The notes under the pieces were generated by a model. It had not been told where the DNA came from. It was given only the letters and a program-made list of their open reading frames with translations, and searched no databases. This document shows, in pieces, positions 50,879 to 61,474 of a DNA stretch of 64,000 nucleotides (positions within the stretch are counted from its first letter, which is position 1; each line of letters opens with the position of its first letter). Source of the DNA: Opitutales bacterium. Its GTDB lineage: Bacteria > Verrucomicrobiota > Verrucomicrobiia > Opitutales > UBA2987. The stretch is taken from NCBI GenBank assembly GCA_965226885.1, contig CBDDEL010000013.1:98480-162479 (forward strand), in the 5' to 3' direction. Made by a program: the position numbers and the translations under genes.

Positions 50879-52021
50879 ATGCAGGCTGGGCCAAGTTCAG
50901 GATGGTATTTAATTAAGCGCGATGGGCCCATCTTTTTAATTCTTCTGGCCGTGGCCGGCCTGACCCATCTCGGTTTTATCATTCTATTCAGCGCTACCCA
51001 GGCTCACCTGGGCGGATTGAGCGCCATCGTCGGGAAGCAGGCTCTTTGGCTTATAATAGCCCTTCTGGCGGGAGGAACAACCGCGTTTCTGAATTTGGAA
51101 AACCTGCGCCCACTGGCCTGGCATCTGGCCGCATTGGTGGGCGCGCTTCTTTTGCTCGTGCTTTTGCCCGGAGTTGGCGTAATGGTTAACGGGGCCAGGC
51201 GCTGGCTCGATCTGGGTCCCATCAATATGCAGGTTTCCGATCTTGCCAAAATTGCCATGATTTTTCTACTGGCCCATTATTTGGCCGCCAATCAGCGTTG
51301 CCTGGGTTCTTTTGCCAAGGGTTTTTTCATTCCCATGGCCATTGTCGGAACGGTTTTTCTGCTCGTTATGCTGGAGCCCGATTTCGGGACCGCTTTTCTT
51401 CTGGGTCTGGTTGGGTTCACCATGCTATTCCTGGCCGGCGTCCGTTTGGCTTATCTTTTGCCGTCCCTCGGCCTGGGAGTTCTTTTCTTTGCTCTGGCCA
51501 TAATGTTCGATCCCGTGCGGATGAAGAGAATTACCTCTTTTCTCGATGTTGAGGCCCATAAAAGCGACGGCGCTTACCAGCTTTGGCAGGGCATCCTGGC
51601 CTTTGGGGCGGGCGGTCTCAATGGGGTCGGTTTGGGTAACGGCCGCCAGCAGAATTCCTTTCTTCCAGAAGCTCACACCGATTTTATTTTTCCCATCATC
51701 GGGGAGGAGCTCGGCCTCTTATTTTCGGCAGGAGTGGTCGCTTTGTTTCTTTTGATTTTCCTCTGCGGCCTGTGGAATCTTCGCAGAGCGCCCAATTTAT
51801 TCCAATTTCTTTTAGCGGCCGGAGCCGTTATTATGATAACCTCTCAGGCACTCATCAATATCGGGGTGACCACCGGCTGTCTGCCGACCAAAGGAATGTC
51901 CCTGCCCTTTATCAGTTACGGCGGCTCCGGGTTGGTAGCGATGTTCATCCTGGTGGGGATTCTGATCAATTGCCTGCGAACCTGGGGCCAATCCCCATTA
52001 CCTAAACCGGTAACGCTATGA
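50879..52021 (+). CDS. ftsW: SEDS protein FtsW
   Basis: NGARRWL, EPDFGT, LPEAHTDFIF, PTKGMSLPFISYGGS. Confidence 0.94.
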   Translation: MQAGPSSGWYLIKRDGPIFLILLAVAGLTHLGFIILFSATQAHLGGLSAIVGKQALWLIIALLAGGTTAFLNLENLRPLAWHLAALVGALLLLVLLPGVGVMVNGARRWLDLGPINMQVSDLAKIAMIFLLAHYLAANQRCLGSFAKGFFIPMAIVGTVFLLVMLEPDFGTAFLLGLVGFTMLFLAGVRLAYLLPSLGLGVLFFALAIMFDPVRMKRITSFLDVEAHKSDGAYQLWQGILAFGAGGLNGVGLGNGRQQNSFLPEAHTDFIFPIIGEELGLLFSAGVVALFLLIFLCGLWNLRRAPNLFQFLLAAGAVIMITSQALINIGVTTGCLPTKGMSLPFISYGGSGLVAMFILVGILINCLRTWGQSPLPKPVTL

Positions 52022-53154
52022 GCAAATTCGTCATCGCCTGCGGGGGCACGGGAGGGCATTTATCGCCGGGCATATCGGTGGCCGAGCAATTATTGGACAG
52101 AGGTCACCATTGCTGGCTGATTATCAGCAAAAAACAAGTCGATGCACGATTGATCCTTAATTACGGGCACCTTAATTCTATCCGTGCGCCCGGTTCCGGT
52201 TTTTCCCTGCGGCCCATGCTCTTCGTAAATTTCGCAATTCAACAATTCAAGTTGCTCATTTTCTCCTTCCGCTTCCTGCGCTCCATAAAACCCGATGCCA
52301 TCATCGCATTTGGAGGCTTCATGACCACTGGATTCACAATTTCCGGCTTTATTCTGGGCTGTCCCATTGCCCTGCATGAGGCCAACCGCAAACCCGGAAA
52401 AGCCGTTCGCTATCTGCGCGGCCTGGCCGATCGCCTTTATTTGCCTGAGGGTGTCCTCGTCACCGGCCTGCCGCCGGACGCTATCAAGCATTTCGGCCTG
52501 CCATTGCGCAAGGATATCAATCCGATATCGAAAAAAGAGGCCCGAAAAAGCCTTAATGTTGAAATTGCCGGGCGGTTGCTGGTGGTGTTTGGGGGAAGCC
52601 AGGGAGCCCAAATTCTCAACGAGTGGGTGATGGAGCGGGCGGAGAGCCTGGCGGCCGAAGGTGTCAATATTTATTGCGTTACCGGATTGGGCAAAGGCGT
52701 GCAAAGCGTTTCCGAGTATCAGCTTCCGGATGGGCGCGTCATCAAGACTTATTTCATTCCTTTTTCCGATTGCATGAGCGCGGTTCTCTCCAGCGCCGAC
52801 CTGGTTGTTTCCAGGGCCGGCGCCGGTTCCATTGCCGAACTCGAGCATTGCCGGGCCCCCTCCATACTGGTGCCGTTCCCTTATGCGGCGGACAACCATC
52901 AGTTGGCTAACGCCCGGTTTTTGGAGCAGCACGGCGGGTGCGTCGTCCTCGAGCAAAGCCGCCTCGCAACCTTGCAGGAGGAAGTTCTCGAACTCATTTA
53001 CAATGACTGGCTGCTGGCGAAATTCCGGCAGAACCTGGAGCGTATTGAGAGGGGTGTCTGCTCGAAAAAAATTGCCCAAGATTTGGAAAACCTGGCTGTC
53101 AACCTGCTCGGGCCGCAAAGACCAAGGCGCCCCAAAATGCAAATGCCCGCATGA
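52018..53154 (+). CDS. murG: MurG glycosyltransferase
   Basis: GGTGGHLSPG, HEAN, GGSQGA, SRAGAGS, ADNHQ..NA. Confidence 0.95.
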   Translation: MSKFVIACGGTGGHLSPGISVAEQLLDRGHHCWLIISKKQVDARLILNYGHLNSIRAPGSGFSLRPMLFVNFAIQQFKLLIFSFRFLRSIKPDAIIAFGGFMTTGFTISGFILGCPIALHEANRKPGKAVRYLRGLADRLYLPEGVLVTGLPPDAIKHFGLPLRKDINPISKKEARKSLNVEIAGRLLVVFGGSQGAQILNEWVMERAESLAAEGVNIYCVTGLGKGVQSVSEYQLPDGRVIKTYFIPFSDCMSAVLSSADLVVSRAGAGSIAELEHCRAPSILVPFPYAADNHQLANARFLEQHGGCVVLEQSRLATLQEEVLELIYNDWLLAKFRQNLERIERGVCSKKIAQDLENLAVNLLGPQRPRRPKMQMPA

Positions 53155-55487
53155 AAACGAACGAAAATAACATTTTTATGCTTGGAGTTGGCGGTATGGG
53201 AATGACCCCGCTGGCGATTTACCTACGGCAGATGGGTTGCCCGGTTTGCGGTTTCGATGACCATTTGCGTCCACCCGTTGGCGCCCTGCTGCGGAGTGCC
53301 GGGGTGGAGTGGATCGATTGCCCCGTTCTGCCCGAAAATACGGACAAGGTCGTTTACTCATCCGCCATTTCTGCCCAACACCCGTTATTGATAGATGCCT
53401 CCCGGCGCGGACTCCCCATGCTCCGGCGCGGAGAAATGATGGCCGAGGTTCTCGCTCCAAAGAAAGTTGTCGCGGTGGTGGGAAGTCACGGAAAAACCAC
53501 CGCCGCGGCCCTCCTGGCGCACTCCCTTTTGCGCAACCGATTCCCCTTCGGCTATATAGTGGGCGCACTTTTTGAGGGGGACGATTTGCTCCCCGCTCGT
53601 TATTCCAAAAGCGAATGGGTGGTCGCCGAAATCGATGAAAGCGACGGCACCATAGACCTTTTTCAGCCCGAAATTACGCTCGTTCTCAACCTGGACTGGG
53701 ACCATGCGGACTTTTACACCAGCCTCCGCCAATTGGAGGAGACGTTTAAAGCGCTTGTGCAACGAACGAGGAAAGCCCTGTTTCTGCCCGCCAATTGCGA
53801 GAAATTGAATCGTTTATCCGCAAATGTGAGCATCGAGAAAATCCGCTTGGGCCCCGGCGGTGATTATCATTTCAATTTCATGGAAACGGGCAGCGGCTTT
53901 TTAAAATTGGGGCTGGGCGGGCGTTTCTCCGGGCAATCGGAATTGCTTCCGTTGGAAGCCTCTTTTAATGCGGAAAATGCTCTGGCCGCTCTCGCCGTCG
54001 GTCACTACCTGACTGCAGGATCCCTGCAACCGGGCAGCCTGGAAAATTTCCCCGGAATCCGCAGGCGGCAGAAAAAGCTCTACGACTCCCAGAGATGTGT
54101 CGTTTTTGAAGATTACGCCCACCATCCGCGGGAAATAGAAGCCATGATTCGGTTTGCCCATGATGTTTATTCGGATCGCAAACTTTGCATTGTATTTCAG
54201 CCGCATCGTTTTTCGCGGACGCTGCGCCTCAAAAAGGAACTGGCTCGTTCCCTTGAAGGAGCTGATGAACTCTTTCTCATGGATGTTTATGCGGCCAGTG
54301 AAGCTCCTCTGGTAGGAGGTTCCAGCGAGGACCTCATCGAATGTTTTGCCGAGGCCGAGGATTTATCCCCTCGGAAAATTTCCTCCTATTCCCGTTTGTC
54401 CTCTATTTTGAAGAAAGAAATAGAAGAGCCATCCGTAATTCTTTTTCTGGGAGCTGGAAACATCGACCAATGGGCCGGCGCCTTTGTCAGGGAACTCCTT
54501 GAAGCTAAAGAACCCAAACTTGCGGAATTTACGCCCGACCCAATTCATAATAGCAATAGTAATTCCTGGTGGGAAAAATTGCGTTTGGTTGTCGATCCCG
54601 AGACCTCGCTATCGACCGGAGTCTCGCTTGCCGATAAAACGACCCTGCGGGTGGGCGGACCCGCTTTCTTTTACGCCGAACCTGCCGGTGTGGAAGATTT
54701 GAGTTTGCTCCTTAAAAGCGCCGCCATTCGATCTCTACCCGTTTATTTTTTGGGGCGAGGCTCAAACCTGCTCGTGCCCGACGACGGATTCGAGGGCCTT
54801 GTTATTCGGCTCAACCATCCTTCCTGGCGGACCATCGAACTGCTGGAGGGGGGCCGGCTGTGGGTGGGCGGCGGCGCCCGCTTGAAACAAATTTGCGGAG
54901 AAGCTTGCCGCCTCGGTTTGGCCGGGCTTGAGTTTCTGGAGGGAATTCCCGGATCCCTCGGTGGTTCCTTGCGGATGAACGCCGGGGCCATGGGCGGCTG
55001 GATTTTCGATGTCGTGGAGGAAGTCCAGTTCATGACCCTGGATGGCGTTTTGAAAACCCTCCCACGGGAGGAATTTCAGGTGGGTTACAGGGAATGTCGC
55101 GAACTTCTCCAAACGGTGGCTGTCGGGGCCATTTTGCGCACCCGTAACAATGCCTCTAGCGGCTCCATCAGGGCGACCTTGGAAGAGTTTTCACGGAAGC
55201 GGAAAAGCTCTCAGCCGAGGGAACCGAGCGTGGGCTGCATTTTTAAAAATCCAGAGGATTCCTATGCCGGAAGAATCATCGATGAACTCGGTTTGAAAGG
55301 TCTTCGCGTGGGAGAGGCGGAAGTGTCTCAAGTGCACGGAAATTTTATCATCAATCGGGGCGGCGCCACTTGTCTGGACGTGGTCAGCCTGATTCGCAAT
55401 ATCCGCCGGGAAGTGCAAAGGCGAACCGGCATCGAACTACAGCCCGAGGTCCTCCTCATGGGTAAAAGCTGGGAACAGATTTTATGA
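53151..55487 (+). CDS. murC/murB: Fused MurC-MurB (UDP-MurNAc:L-Ala ligase / UDP-GlcNAc-enolpyruvate reductase)
   Basis: One 778-aa frame: GVGGMGM, GSHGKTT, DYAHHP (MurC), then LRVGGPA, GRGSNLL, MNAGA, GCIFKNP, HGNFIIN (MurB). Confidence 0.92.
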   Translation: MKTNENNIFMLGVGGMGMTPLAIYLRQMGCPVCGFDDHLRPPVGALLRSAGVEWIDCPVLPENTDKVVYSSAISAQHPLLIDASRRGLPMLRRGEMMAEVLAPKKVVAVVGSHGKTTAAALLAHSLLRNRFPFGYIVGALFEGDDLLPARYSKSEWVVAEIDESDGTIDLFQPEITLVLNLDWDHADFYTSLRQLEETFKALVQRTRKALFLPANCEKLNRLSANVSIEKIRLGPGGDYHFNFMETGSGFLKLGLGGRFSGQSELLPLEASFNAENALAALAVGHYLTAGSLQPGSLENFPGIRRRQKKLYDSQRCVVFEDYAHHPREIEAMIRFAHDVYSDRKLCIVFQPHRFSRTLRLKKELARSLEGADELFLMDVYAASEAPLVGGSSEDLIECFAEAEDLSPRKISSYSRLSSILKKEIEEPSVILFLGAGNIDQWAGAFVRELLEAKEPKLAEFTPDPIHNSNSNSWWEKLRLVVDPETSLSTGVSLADKTTLRVGGPAFFYAEPAGVEDLSLLLKSAAIRSLPVYFLGRGSNLLVPDDGFEGLVIRLNHPSWRTIELLEGGRLWVGGGARLKQICGEACRLGLAGLEFLEGIPGSLGGSLRMNAGAMGGWIFDVVEEVQFMTLDGVLKTLPREEFQVGYRECRELLQTVAVGAILRTRNNASSGSIRATLEEFSRKRKSSQPREPSVGCIFKNPEDSYAGRIIDELGLKGLRVGEAEVSQVHGNFIINRGGATCLDVVSLIRNIRREVQRRTGIELQPEVLLMGKSWEQIL

Positions 55488-55488
55488 A

Positions 55489-56427
55489 ATGAACGAGGAT
55501 GTGCGCATAGCCGTTATTTTTGGCGGGCCCTCCGAAGAGCGCGAGGTTTCACTGGCCACCGGCCAAGCTGTGGCGGATGCTTTACGACATAATTTTGAAG
55601 TCGATCTCTTTGCAATTGAAGACGACGCGTTACCGGTTGGACTCGATCCGGAACGGCATGTCGTTTTCCCTGCCTTGCACGGCCGGTTTGGGGAAGACGG
55701 CGGCATCCAGCAGTTGATGGAAGAGGCCGGTATCGCTTATGCCGGCACGGGCCCTGAAGGAAGCCGCCTATGTTTTGCCAAAGAAGAAACCAAGGCAAAA
55801 GTTGATGCCGCTGGTGTGCGGGTTGCGCCCGGTGTGTCCTTCACGGTTCCCGGTCCGGTTCCGGCGGCTGAGCGAATTTTGCAGCTGGGTCCTCCCTTCG
55901 TTCTCAAACCCGACCGGCAGGGAAGCAGCATCGATTTGCTCATGATCGACGGAGCGGACGAATTACATGGCATGTTCAGCCGCCTTCAACCCGGCCGATG
56001 GCTTTTGGAAAAGAAAATCGAGGGCCGGGAAATAACGGTTGGCATGCTCCGCAGAAAATCCCTCGGATTGGTCGAAATCCGGCCCCATGAGGGTTCTTAC
56101 GATTATAGGCACAAATACACCAAGGGCCTTACCGAATATAATTTTCCGGCCCGGGTGGAGACAGCCGTCGAAATGGAAATCCGCCGGGCGGCAGAAATAG
56201 CTTACGCCGTTTGTGGTTGCCGCGATTTTGCCAGAATCGATTTTATGCTGAATGAGAAAAAAGAGAGTTATTTCCTTGAGATCAACACATTGCCCGGTCT
56301 CACTGCCACAAGCTTGCTTCCCATGAGCGCCTCCTGCGCCGGTTACGATTTTGTCCAACTGGCCCGTGAACTGGTGCTCCCTGCGCGGAAGCGCCATCTG
56401 TCCGCCACAGCCACCGTCAAATCGTGA
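55489..56427 (+). CDS. ddl: D-alanine--D-alanine ligase
   Basis: GGPSEEREVSL, LHGRFGEDG, QGSS, EINTLPG. Confidence 0.94.
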   Translation: MNEDVRIAVIFGGPSEEREVSLATGQAVADALRHNFEVDLFAIEDDALPVGLDPERHVVFPALHGRFGEDGGIQQLMEEAGIAYAGTGPEGSRLCFAKEETKAKVDAAGVRVAPGVSFTVPGPVPAAERILQLGPPFVLKPDRQGSSIDLLMIDGADELHGMFSRLQPGRWLLEKKIEGREITVGMLRRKSLGLVEIRPHEGSYDYRHKYTKGLTEYNFPARVETAVEMEIRRAAEIAYAVCGCRDFARIDFMLNEKKESYFLEINTLPGLTATSLLPMSASCAGYDFVQLARELVLPARKRHLSATATVKS

Positions 56428-57371
56428 AAAAGTATTCCTCCAAATCCAACCATTCTTCCGCCGCCTCGCGTACCTGGCGTACCATTGAGCAAAAAGGCGG
56501 TCGCAAAGCCGTGACTGATTTGGTCCGCAAGCGCAGACGCCGGGTTTATCTGAAAGCGCCGGCCGCATTTTTAGTGGTTATTCTTTTCATTTCGTCCTTG
56601 GCCACGGGAGTTTATTTTTTCCAGACTCATCGCGACGCGTTCAGGTTTTCGGGTCCTTCCGAACCCCTCAAATTAATTCATTTCGAAACTGACGGGGTGC
56701 TCACCCGGGATTGGTTCGCCGCTGCCGTGCCTATCGCCAGGGGGGCTAAATTAATGGACCTGGACATCCATCGGATCAAGGAAGACATGGAAAATTTCGG
56801 GCAGATAAAAGAAACCACCGTATCCCGCAAATTTCCCCATGAATTGCATATAAGCGCTAGGGAAAGAGTTCCCGTATTGCGCGCCCGTGTTTCCACGGAA
56901 AGAGGAAGCAAACCCCAGGAAAGACTTATCTCTCGAGAGGGAGTGGTTTATCAAGGTATGGAATACCCGAGATCCCGGCTGGCTCATTTGCCTTATCTCG
57001 GAGGGGTTCGTTTTTCCCGCGGGCCAGAGGGCATAGAACCGGTTGGGAATATACGGGAACTGATTCGTCTTCTCACTTTAACCCGCACTCGTTTTCCGGA
57101 GATTTACGATGACTGGAAAGTGGCTTCCCTGCAACAACCGGGCAATGCCCTCGGAGTGGACCAGGCATTGATAACCATTAAAAGCCGAAACGTTAAGGAG
57201 GTTGTCTTTACACCGCCTGACTTTGAGTGGCAGTTAGGACAGCTTGAGCAAATTATTGAACATTCCAGCCAGCGAGGTATTCGCGTCATTAAAAGAATCG
57301 ATCTCTCCCTGGGAGATCAGGTGGTGGTTCAGGATTTTCCGGACCTGCGGCGAAAAAGGTTCCGCAATTGA
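56424..57371 (+). CDS. ftsQ: Cell division protein FtsQ/DivIB-like
   Basis: Position; basic N-terminus, single TM, POTRA-like segment (VSRKFPHELHISARERVP). Confidence 0.7.
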   Translation: MKKYSSKSNHSSAASRTWRTIEQKGGRKAVTDLVRKRRRRVYLKAPAAFLVVILFISSLATGVYFFQTHRDAFRFSGPSEPLKLIHFETDGVLTRDWFAAAVPIARGAKLMDLDIHRIKEDMENFGQIKETTVSRKFPHELHISARERVPVLRARVSTERGSKPQERLISREGVVYQGMEYPRSRLAHLPYLGGVRFSRGPEGIEPVGNIRELIRLLTLTRTRFPEIYDDWKVASLQQPGNALGVDQALITIKSRNVKEVVFTPPDFEWQLGQLEQIIEHSSQRGIRVIKRIDLSLGDQVVVQDFPDLRRKRFRN

Positions 57372-57397
57372 AGGATGCTTATTAAATTTAAAAACTT

Positions 57398-58606
57398 ATG
57401 GCTTATAACAAAGTAATCGCCGCGGTAGAGATTGGAACTTCCAAAGTGGTTGTGCTGGCCGGGGAAATCATCGGCGGCCGCAGCCTGAACATTATCGGGA
57501 TGGGTCAATCGACCGCCAGGGGGGTGAAAAAAGGTGAGATTGTCGATTTTCGGGCTGCCAGCGATTGCACTTGCGCCGCTATCATTTCTGCCGAAAAAAA
57601 TGCCGGAGTAACGATTGAAGGCGTTTATCTGGCCCAAAGCGGCCGTCATCTGGAAGGTTTTTTTGACAAGGGGGAAATTTCCGTTAGTTCGCATGATGGC
57701 CAGGTGCGGAAATCCGATATCGACCATGTTGTGGAAAACGCCAAACGTAAAGAAGTGCCTGCCGGGCGTGTTTATATCCACCATATCAGGAACGGTTTTT
57801 TTCTTGATGGACGACCGGTGGACGACCCCTATCAAATGAAAGGGGACAGGCTTGAGGTGGGCTACTGGCATGTGCATGGAGACGAAAGGAAGGTAACCGA
57901 CAACATCCACGTTATCAACGGGTTCGGTCTGCGGGTCGAGGATATGATTGTTTCCGGCATTGCCTCAGGTTCCATGGTCGTGGAAGAGGCGGAAAAAACC
58001 AATGGTGCGCTCCTGCTGGACATTGGTTGCGGAACCACCGATTACGTTCTCTATCGTAACGGCGTTATTCAACGCACGGGCGTTATTTGTGTCGGCGGCG
58101 CTCATCTGACAAACGATTTATCGCTTGGTTTGCGCGTAAATCCCAAACATGCCGAAAACCTCAAACGTGAGTTCGGCAACGCCACCCTCGAACTGGAAGA
58201 CCCGGCGGAAAAAGTCTGGCTCATCGGCGACCTCACGATAGGAGACCGGGCCATTCCGAGGAAGGCCATCTGCCAGATTTTGAATGCCCGCATGGAGGAA
58301 TTGTTCAATATTTTGAAAAAAGAGCTTGGTTCCTCTATCACCAGTCATGAACTACCAGGAGGCATAGTATTAACCGGTGGCGTTTCCCGTTTGTCCAATT
58401 TAGCCGATCTCGCCTCGAAGATATTTGAATTGCCGGCCCGCATCGGGGAAAATCCAAGCTGGGTGCGTGAAGATTTGCGTGATCCGGAATACAGCTGTGT
58501 GCTCGGGCTGCTTTATTACGGTCTGACGGCCGAACGTTCGGAAGAGGAGGGTAAACCGAAGGCCGGCATCCTCGGTAAAATGACCCGGTTGTTTAATATA
58601 TCCTGA
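57398..58606 (+). CDS. ftsA: Cell division protein FtsA
   Basis: VEIGTSKV, GVKKGEIVD, DIGCGTTD, VLTGG. Confidence 0.93.
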   Translation: MAYNKVIAAVEIGTSKVVVLAGEIIGGRSLNIIGMGQSTARGVKKGEIVDFRAASDCTCAAIISAEKNAGVTIEGVYLAQSGRHLEGFFDKGEISVSSHDGQVRKSDIDHVVENAKRKEVPAGRVYIHHIRNGFFLDGRPVDDPYQMKGDRLEVGYWHVHGDERKVTDNIHVINGFGLRVEDMIVSGIASGSMVVEEAEKTNGALLLDIGCGTTDYVLYRNGVIQRTGVICVGGAHLTNDLSLGLRVNPKHAENLKREFGNATLELEDPAEKVWLIGDLTIGDRAIPRKAICQILNARMEELFNILKKELGSSITSHELPGGIVLTGGVSRLSNLADLASKIFELPARIGENPSWVREDLRDPEYSCVLGLLYYGLTAERSEEEGKPKAGILGKMTRLFNIS

Positions 58607-58629
58607 AATTCCTGACCGAAATATTAAAA

Positions 58630-59916
58630 ATGACGCTTGAAAATCTCTCCATAGCCGAAAATTCGGAGGAAAATATAAGGATCAAAATCATCGGGGTGGG
58701 CGGAGCCGGCAATAATGCCGTGGACCGACTCAAGCTGGATAATTTGAGCAATGTCAACCTCGCCGTGGTCAATACCGACGGGCAGGTATTGGCCCAATCA
58801 CCACTGGCAGAAAAACTACTCATCGGTGGTAAGGTCACCCGTGGCCTGGGTGCTGGAGGCGAGGCCGATCTGGGCCGACAGGCGGCTTTGGAGGATCGCG
58901 AAAGTCTGCGTAGGATTGTTGATGGAGTGGACCTTGTTTTCCTTCTAGGCGGTCTGGGCGGCGGCACCGGTAGCGGGGCGTTGCCCTTGCTTGCTGAAAC
59001 TGCGGTCGAGCAAGGCGCTCTCGTCATCTCTTTTATCACCATGCCTTTCACTCTGGAAGGAGAACGGCGCCTGCGTCAGGCTGAAGAAAGCCTCACGGCT
59101 TTGCGTAATAATTGTCATGCCGTCATAGACCTGCCTAACGATATATTACTTCAGCAAGTCGAGGAAGACGCCACTGTTCTGGAAGCGTTTGCCATTGCCG
59201 ATGAGTGGATCAACCGCGGAGTGCGATCCATTTGGGATCTCATCCATAAAACAGGGCTGATCAATATCGACTTTGCCACACTTCGCAAATCCTTCCATCT
59301 TCGCGGTGGAAAAACTCTCTTCGGCTTGGGCCGGGGGGAAGGCGGTGATTATGTCAATAAAGCGATTAACGATCTCATGCTTTGTCCGTTACTGCATACA
59401 CCCGGTTATGCCCGGCGGACCGACAATCTTATTGTCAACCTAACCGGTGGCGCCGATCTGACCCTAACCAAAATCAACGAAGTTATAGCTGTCATGGTCG
59501 AAAAATTCGGCAGCAAAGAAAACACCGTTATCGGGGCCGTTATTGATGAAAGTCTGCAAAACACCCTCGATATCTGCGTCATCGGAATGACCGATGTGGA
59601 AAATAATCGTGGTTTCATGAAAACCTCAACTTCTACCTCGACGGTAACGGCAAAATCCGCATTTGAAAAAAGAAGCCCCGCCGTGATTGGTCAGCCTGCC
59701 GTCAACGCTCTTGATGCGCAGGGCAGGCCGAAGAAAATCCACCAGTCAAAACTCAAACCGCGGAAAAGTAAAAAAGGCAAAGGACAGCCCGAGTTCGAAT
59801 TTACACGAACGGAAGAGCAGAGAGGCTATTTCGAAACAACCGAACGCAATCTCTACGATGGCGAAGACCTTGATGTACCTACCTATCTGAGACACGGCAT
59901 CAAGATTATTCTTTAA
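58630..59916 (+). CDS. ftsZ: Cell division protein FtsZ
   Basis: GVGGAGNN, GGGTGSG tubulin signature, C-terminal DLDVPTYLR peptide; T7 loop reads NIDFAT. Confidence 0.95.
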   Translation: MTLENLSIAENSEENIRIKIIGVGGAGNNAVDRLKLDNLSNVNLAVVNTDGQVLAQSPLAEKLLIGGKVTRGLGAGGEADLGRQAALEDRESLRRIVDGVDLVFLLGGLGGGTGSGALPLLAETAVEQGALVISFITMPFTLEGERRLRQAEESLTALRNNCHAVIDLPNDILLQQVEEDATVLEAFAIADEWINRGVRSIWDLIHKTGLINIDFATLRKSFHLRGGKTLFGLGRGEGGDYVNKAINDLMLCPLLHTPGYARRTDNLIVNLTGGADLTLTKINEVIAVMVEKFGSKENTVIGAVIDESLQNTLDICVIGMTDVENNRGFMKTSTSTSTVTAKSAFEKRSPAVIGQPAVNALDAQGRPKKIHQSKLKPRKSKKGKGQPEFEFTRTEEQRGYFETTERNLYDGEDLDVPTYLRHGIKIIL

Positions 59917-60308
59917 TCTGTTCCAACTGTTTGAACCAATCCTCTTTATCCTAACGTATAAATTAACTCGGTCACATTGCCAGCACCGGGAAAAAGAAGG
60001 AAGAAGATAACGCAGGTCCTTCAAAAAAGAATCAGCCCAATCAGGCTCAGGCTGCATAAAATCAATAAAACGGTCAAGGCCCGCCTCTCCTGCTCTGTCA
60101 ATCTCGAGGGCATAAATTTGAAGATTAATAAGGGGTTTACCTATTATCTTAAAAAATAGCTAATTTAAGAGTGTTCTGACAATGAAATTCTCCTGAATTA
60201 ATTTCAGTGTCGCGATTTAATTTTCAAATGCAAATGCAAATCAATATATTTTAATTATTAAAACGCTTGCTTATCTTCATAACAGATATTTTATTATGAA
60301 TTTTAAAA

Positions 60309-60728
60309 ATGCAAAACTATCAAGATTACCAGAAGTACCTGCAAAGGGGAAAATCCGGCGCCACAACTGCCAATGAGCAAGCAATGAGCAAGCTTGGTGT
60401 CGCTATTTTGCCGCCGAAAAATATACCGGGAGCGGTTGTATTGTGGAATGGGGGTGTTGGATGGGCTCGCTAACGAGCTCCACCTGTGAAGGATTACCGG
60501 AAAACCCTAGGATAGGTAATGATCGTTTTTATTATGTCTATGATCTTTTTGAATGAATAAAATTTTTTGATATTATGGCTAAAGACGGCCCTCATAGTGG
60601 AAAATTCAAACCGGGAGATTGTTTCTATTCCTATTTCTGCGACTTAATGAGTTTACACAAAGATTACCTCAATATAATAAAAAGCGATCTTAATAAAGAA
60701 AAATGGCATGGAGCCAGAATCGAGTTAG
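60309..60728 (+). pseudogene. Class I SAM-dependent methyltransferase remnant (absent from the ORF track)
   Basis: Removing the 11-bp duplication at 60371-60392 gives ...YTGSGCIVEWGCWMGS...YDLFE*IKFF...KWHGARIEL, with a TGA at 60554 and truncation by IS1380 at 60729. Confidence 0.65.
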
Positions 60729-61474
60729 CCCGGATATTTCATGAAGGGTAAAGTTTGGCTCGTTATTGCTATTGGAGATGGATTTCTTTGTATTTTGAGC
60801 AGATCGTCTTGATTTTTAGGTGTTTTTCAGGGTGTAGAGACACTGCCCCCTTTCCCCCATTGGTTCGGTAGTGCCGGGGGCAGCACCAATGCACCCTTTA
60901 GGTTGGCACCAATCGGCGGGCCGCATGGTTGAAAAGACTGGCCCAAGGATAACTCTCACTTAGGTGAAAGTGAATCGTTCGGGTGTTGCGCACGATGACC
61001 GCTCCGATCTTGATTAATTTGAGCCGCAGGGTGTGGCATTGGGCCCGCGCCCACTTCGTCCCTTTTAAGGCTAACCGGCGCATGGCTTCCATCAAGGTGT
61101 AGGCCAGCGCCGACAAGAGCAATCGCCACTGATTGGCCCACCATTGATGGGCGCTGGTGCGCTCGCTGAACAATTGCATCTGTTCCTTGATGCGGTTCTC
61201 CATTTCACCGCGGCCACAGTATACCTTGTCGTAAAGCTCCTGGGGATCGCCCGGCAGGTTCGTCACCACGAAGCGCGGGTTGGACCCCTGTGCGGTGTGT
61301 TCGGCTTTATGGATGACCAACCGCAGCCATCGCCACGAATCGGCAGCATAGACGAAGTCCTGGAATAACCGTTGTTTTTTACCCCTTAGTTCGAACCATT
61401 CTTTGGCCTGCTTTTGCAACTGCTGGGCGTCTTGCTGCAAGCGTGCATTGCGAGCCATCCCCACGATGTAACTA
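60729..61474 (-). mobile_element. IS1380-family element copy A (3' portion), interrupted by IS5 copy B
   Basis: Starts with inverted repeat CCCGGATATTTC; the encoded 188 aa match the C-terminus of copy B; ends at the IS5 terminus. Confidence 0.88.

Noticed and set aside
59917-60300. AT-rich stretch after ftsZ as an ncRNA or replication origin
   Set aside because: No clear DnaA-box array or structured RNA motif recognised; the short ORFs there lack support.
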